Positions 62,986 to 64,000 of a stretch of DNA of 64,000 nt are shown piece after piece. How positions within the stretch are numbered: the first letter of the stretch is position 1; each line of letters begins with the position of its first letter. The stretch is from Chiloscyllium plagiosum (lineage: Eukaryota), in the NCBI RefSeq assembly GCF_004010195.1, contig NC_057752.1:4896879-4960878 (forward strand). Direction: 5' to 3'. The notes below the pieces were generated by a model. It searched no databases and was not told the origin of the DNA. It worked only from the letters and a program-made list of their open reading frames with translations. The position numbers were made by a program, and so were the translations under genes.

Positions 62986-63399
62986 GCCTTCATCGGTTCT
63001 AGATATTCTCTCATGTTACACACCTCTGAAGCAGGTAGGACTTGGACCTTGAGGCTTCCTAGCTCAGAGGTAGGGATACTACCACTATACCACAAGAACT
63101 CTCCCTGCACTTGTCCTGTTGCATAGTGCCAAACTCCCGACTTTTCCCCGTAACCTGCCTCCCCCACATTTCCAGGCATTGGTATTGTGAATAACAGCTG
63201 TCCAACCGTGGAATAGGACATTGTTTTTCAAAAAACAGCATCCCAGTTGCAGTATTTTCATAACATCGAAACTGACTTTACTGTAAATAAGGAGATTTAT
63301 TTACCATGGATTGAGACATATTGATTAAACAAATAGTTCTAGACAGTAGTCCACACCAGAGGCAATATAACAAAACACTAAAAACTTGAAGGCTAGTGT

Positions 63400-64000
63400 G
63401 CCTGAAACGTTAATGAGCTTTTCTCCACTGATCTGCGGGGTATTCCTATCATATTCCGTTTTCGCTACAAATAATACATTGGAGATTTTGAGAGGCTGGA
63501 ACACATGGTCTTGGTATCCAAGGAAAACTAAATGCCAGTGTTTGCCTCCAGGCGGCGATGTGTTCCTGCGGATTTAGTTGTTGATTCGTCAATTTGAATT
63601 TCCCTCCTTCATCATTAATTCATTCAAATAACCGTTAGCTTTTTCTCGCTAGTCGTTGCAACAAAATCTGGACGTGACTGGCGGCATTCATAATATTTTG
63701 CTAATCACAGTTTTACTGTCAGTCTGCATCCAGACATTTACCAATTCCCCGTTATTTGCGGGATATAAGGACACGGATACCGCTCCGATGTAACTCATTT
63801 CTAGACCGCGATCAGACCGGACGTGTCAGTGAGGGAAAAACAAAAAAAAAGGGGTGTGGGGCCGACCTTCCGAGTCCACGGATAACGAAGACAGGATGTT
63901 ACAGAAAATAAAAGCAGAGATTATTGAAAGCATTCACTTTGTTAAAGATAATGTTTCTATACAACAATTTTATGTTTTTATTCGAGTTATGCGTTTCCTT
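63400..64000. promoter_or_regulatory. CpG-enriched unique region, possible promoter of a neighbouring gene
   Basis: Visibly higher CpG density than the flanks, like the tubulin promoters; GATATAAG near 63762. Confidence 0.35.

Overview
Vertebrate genomic DNA, almost certainly from a shark or other elasmobranch, judged from HE1-like tRNA-derived SINEs, CR1 LINEs and Penelope-like elements. The genic content is a tandem + strand alpha-tubulin cluster. Two genes are intact with 4 exons and 451 aa (12788-16845; 27564-30552). A third locus (43921-45159) has a promoter, exon 1 and intron-1 start nearly identical to gene 2, fused directly to codon 235 of exon 4, so it is a deletion pseudogene or a collapsed assembly. 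The two intact paralogs look homogenised by gene conversion except for small divergence islands around six amino-acid differences, including the G232/T340 versus S232/S340 pair that separates human TUBA1A from TUBA1B. The rest is repeat-rich: CR1 LINEs, SINEs, a Gypsy remnant, a solo LTR, MITEs and many Penelope-like elements. The Penelope tails carry minimal hammerhead-ribozyme motifs from several families with covarying stems, and several insertions are arranged head-to-head, one as a 506-bp-arm palindrome. There is one 596-N gap and several exact local duplications that may be assembly artefacts. All comparisons were made by eye, and repeat boundaries are approximate.
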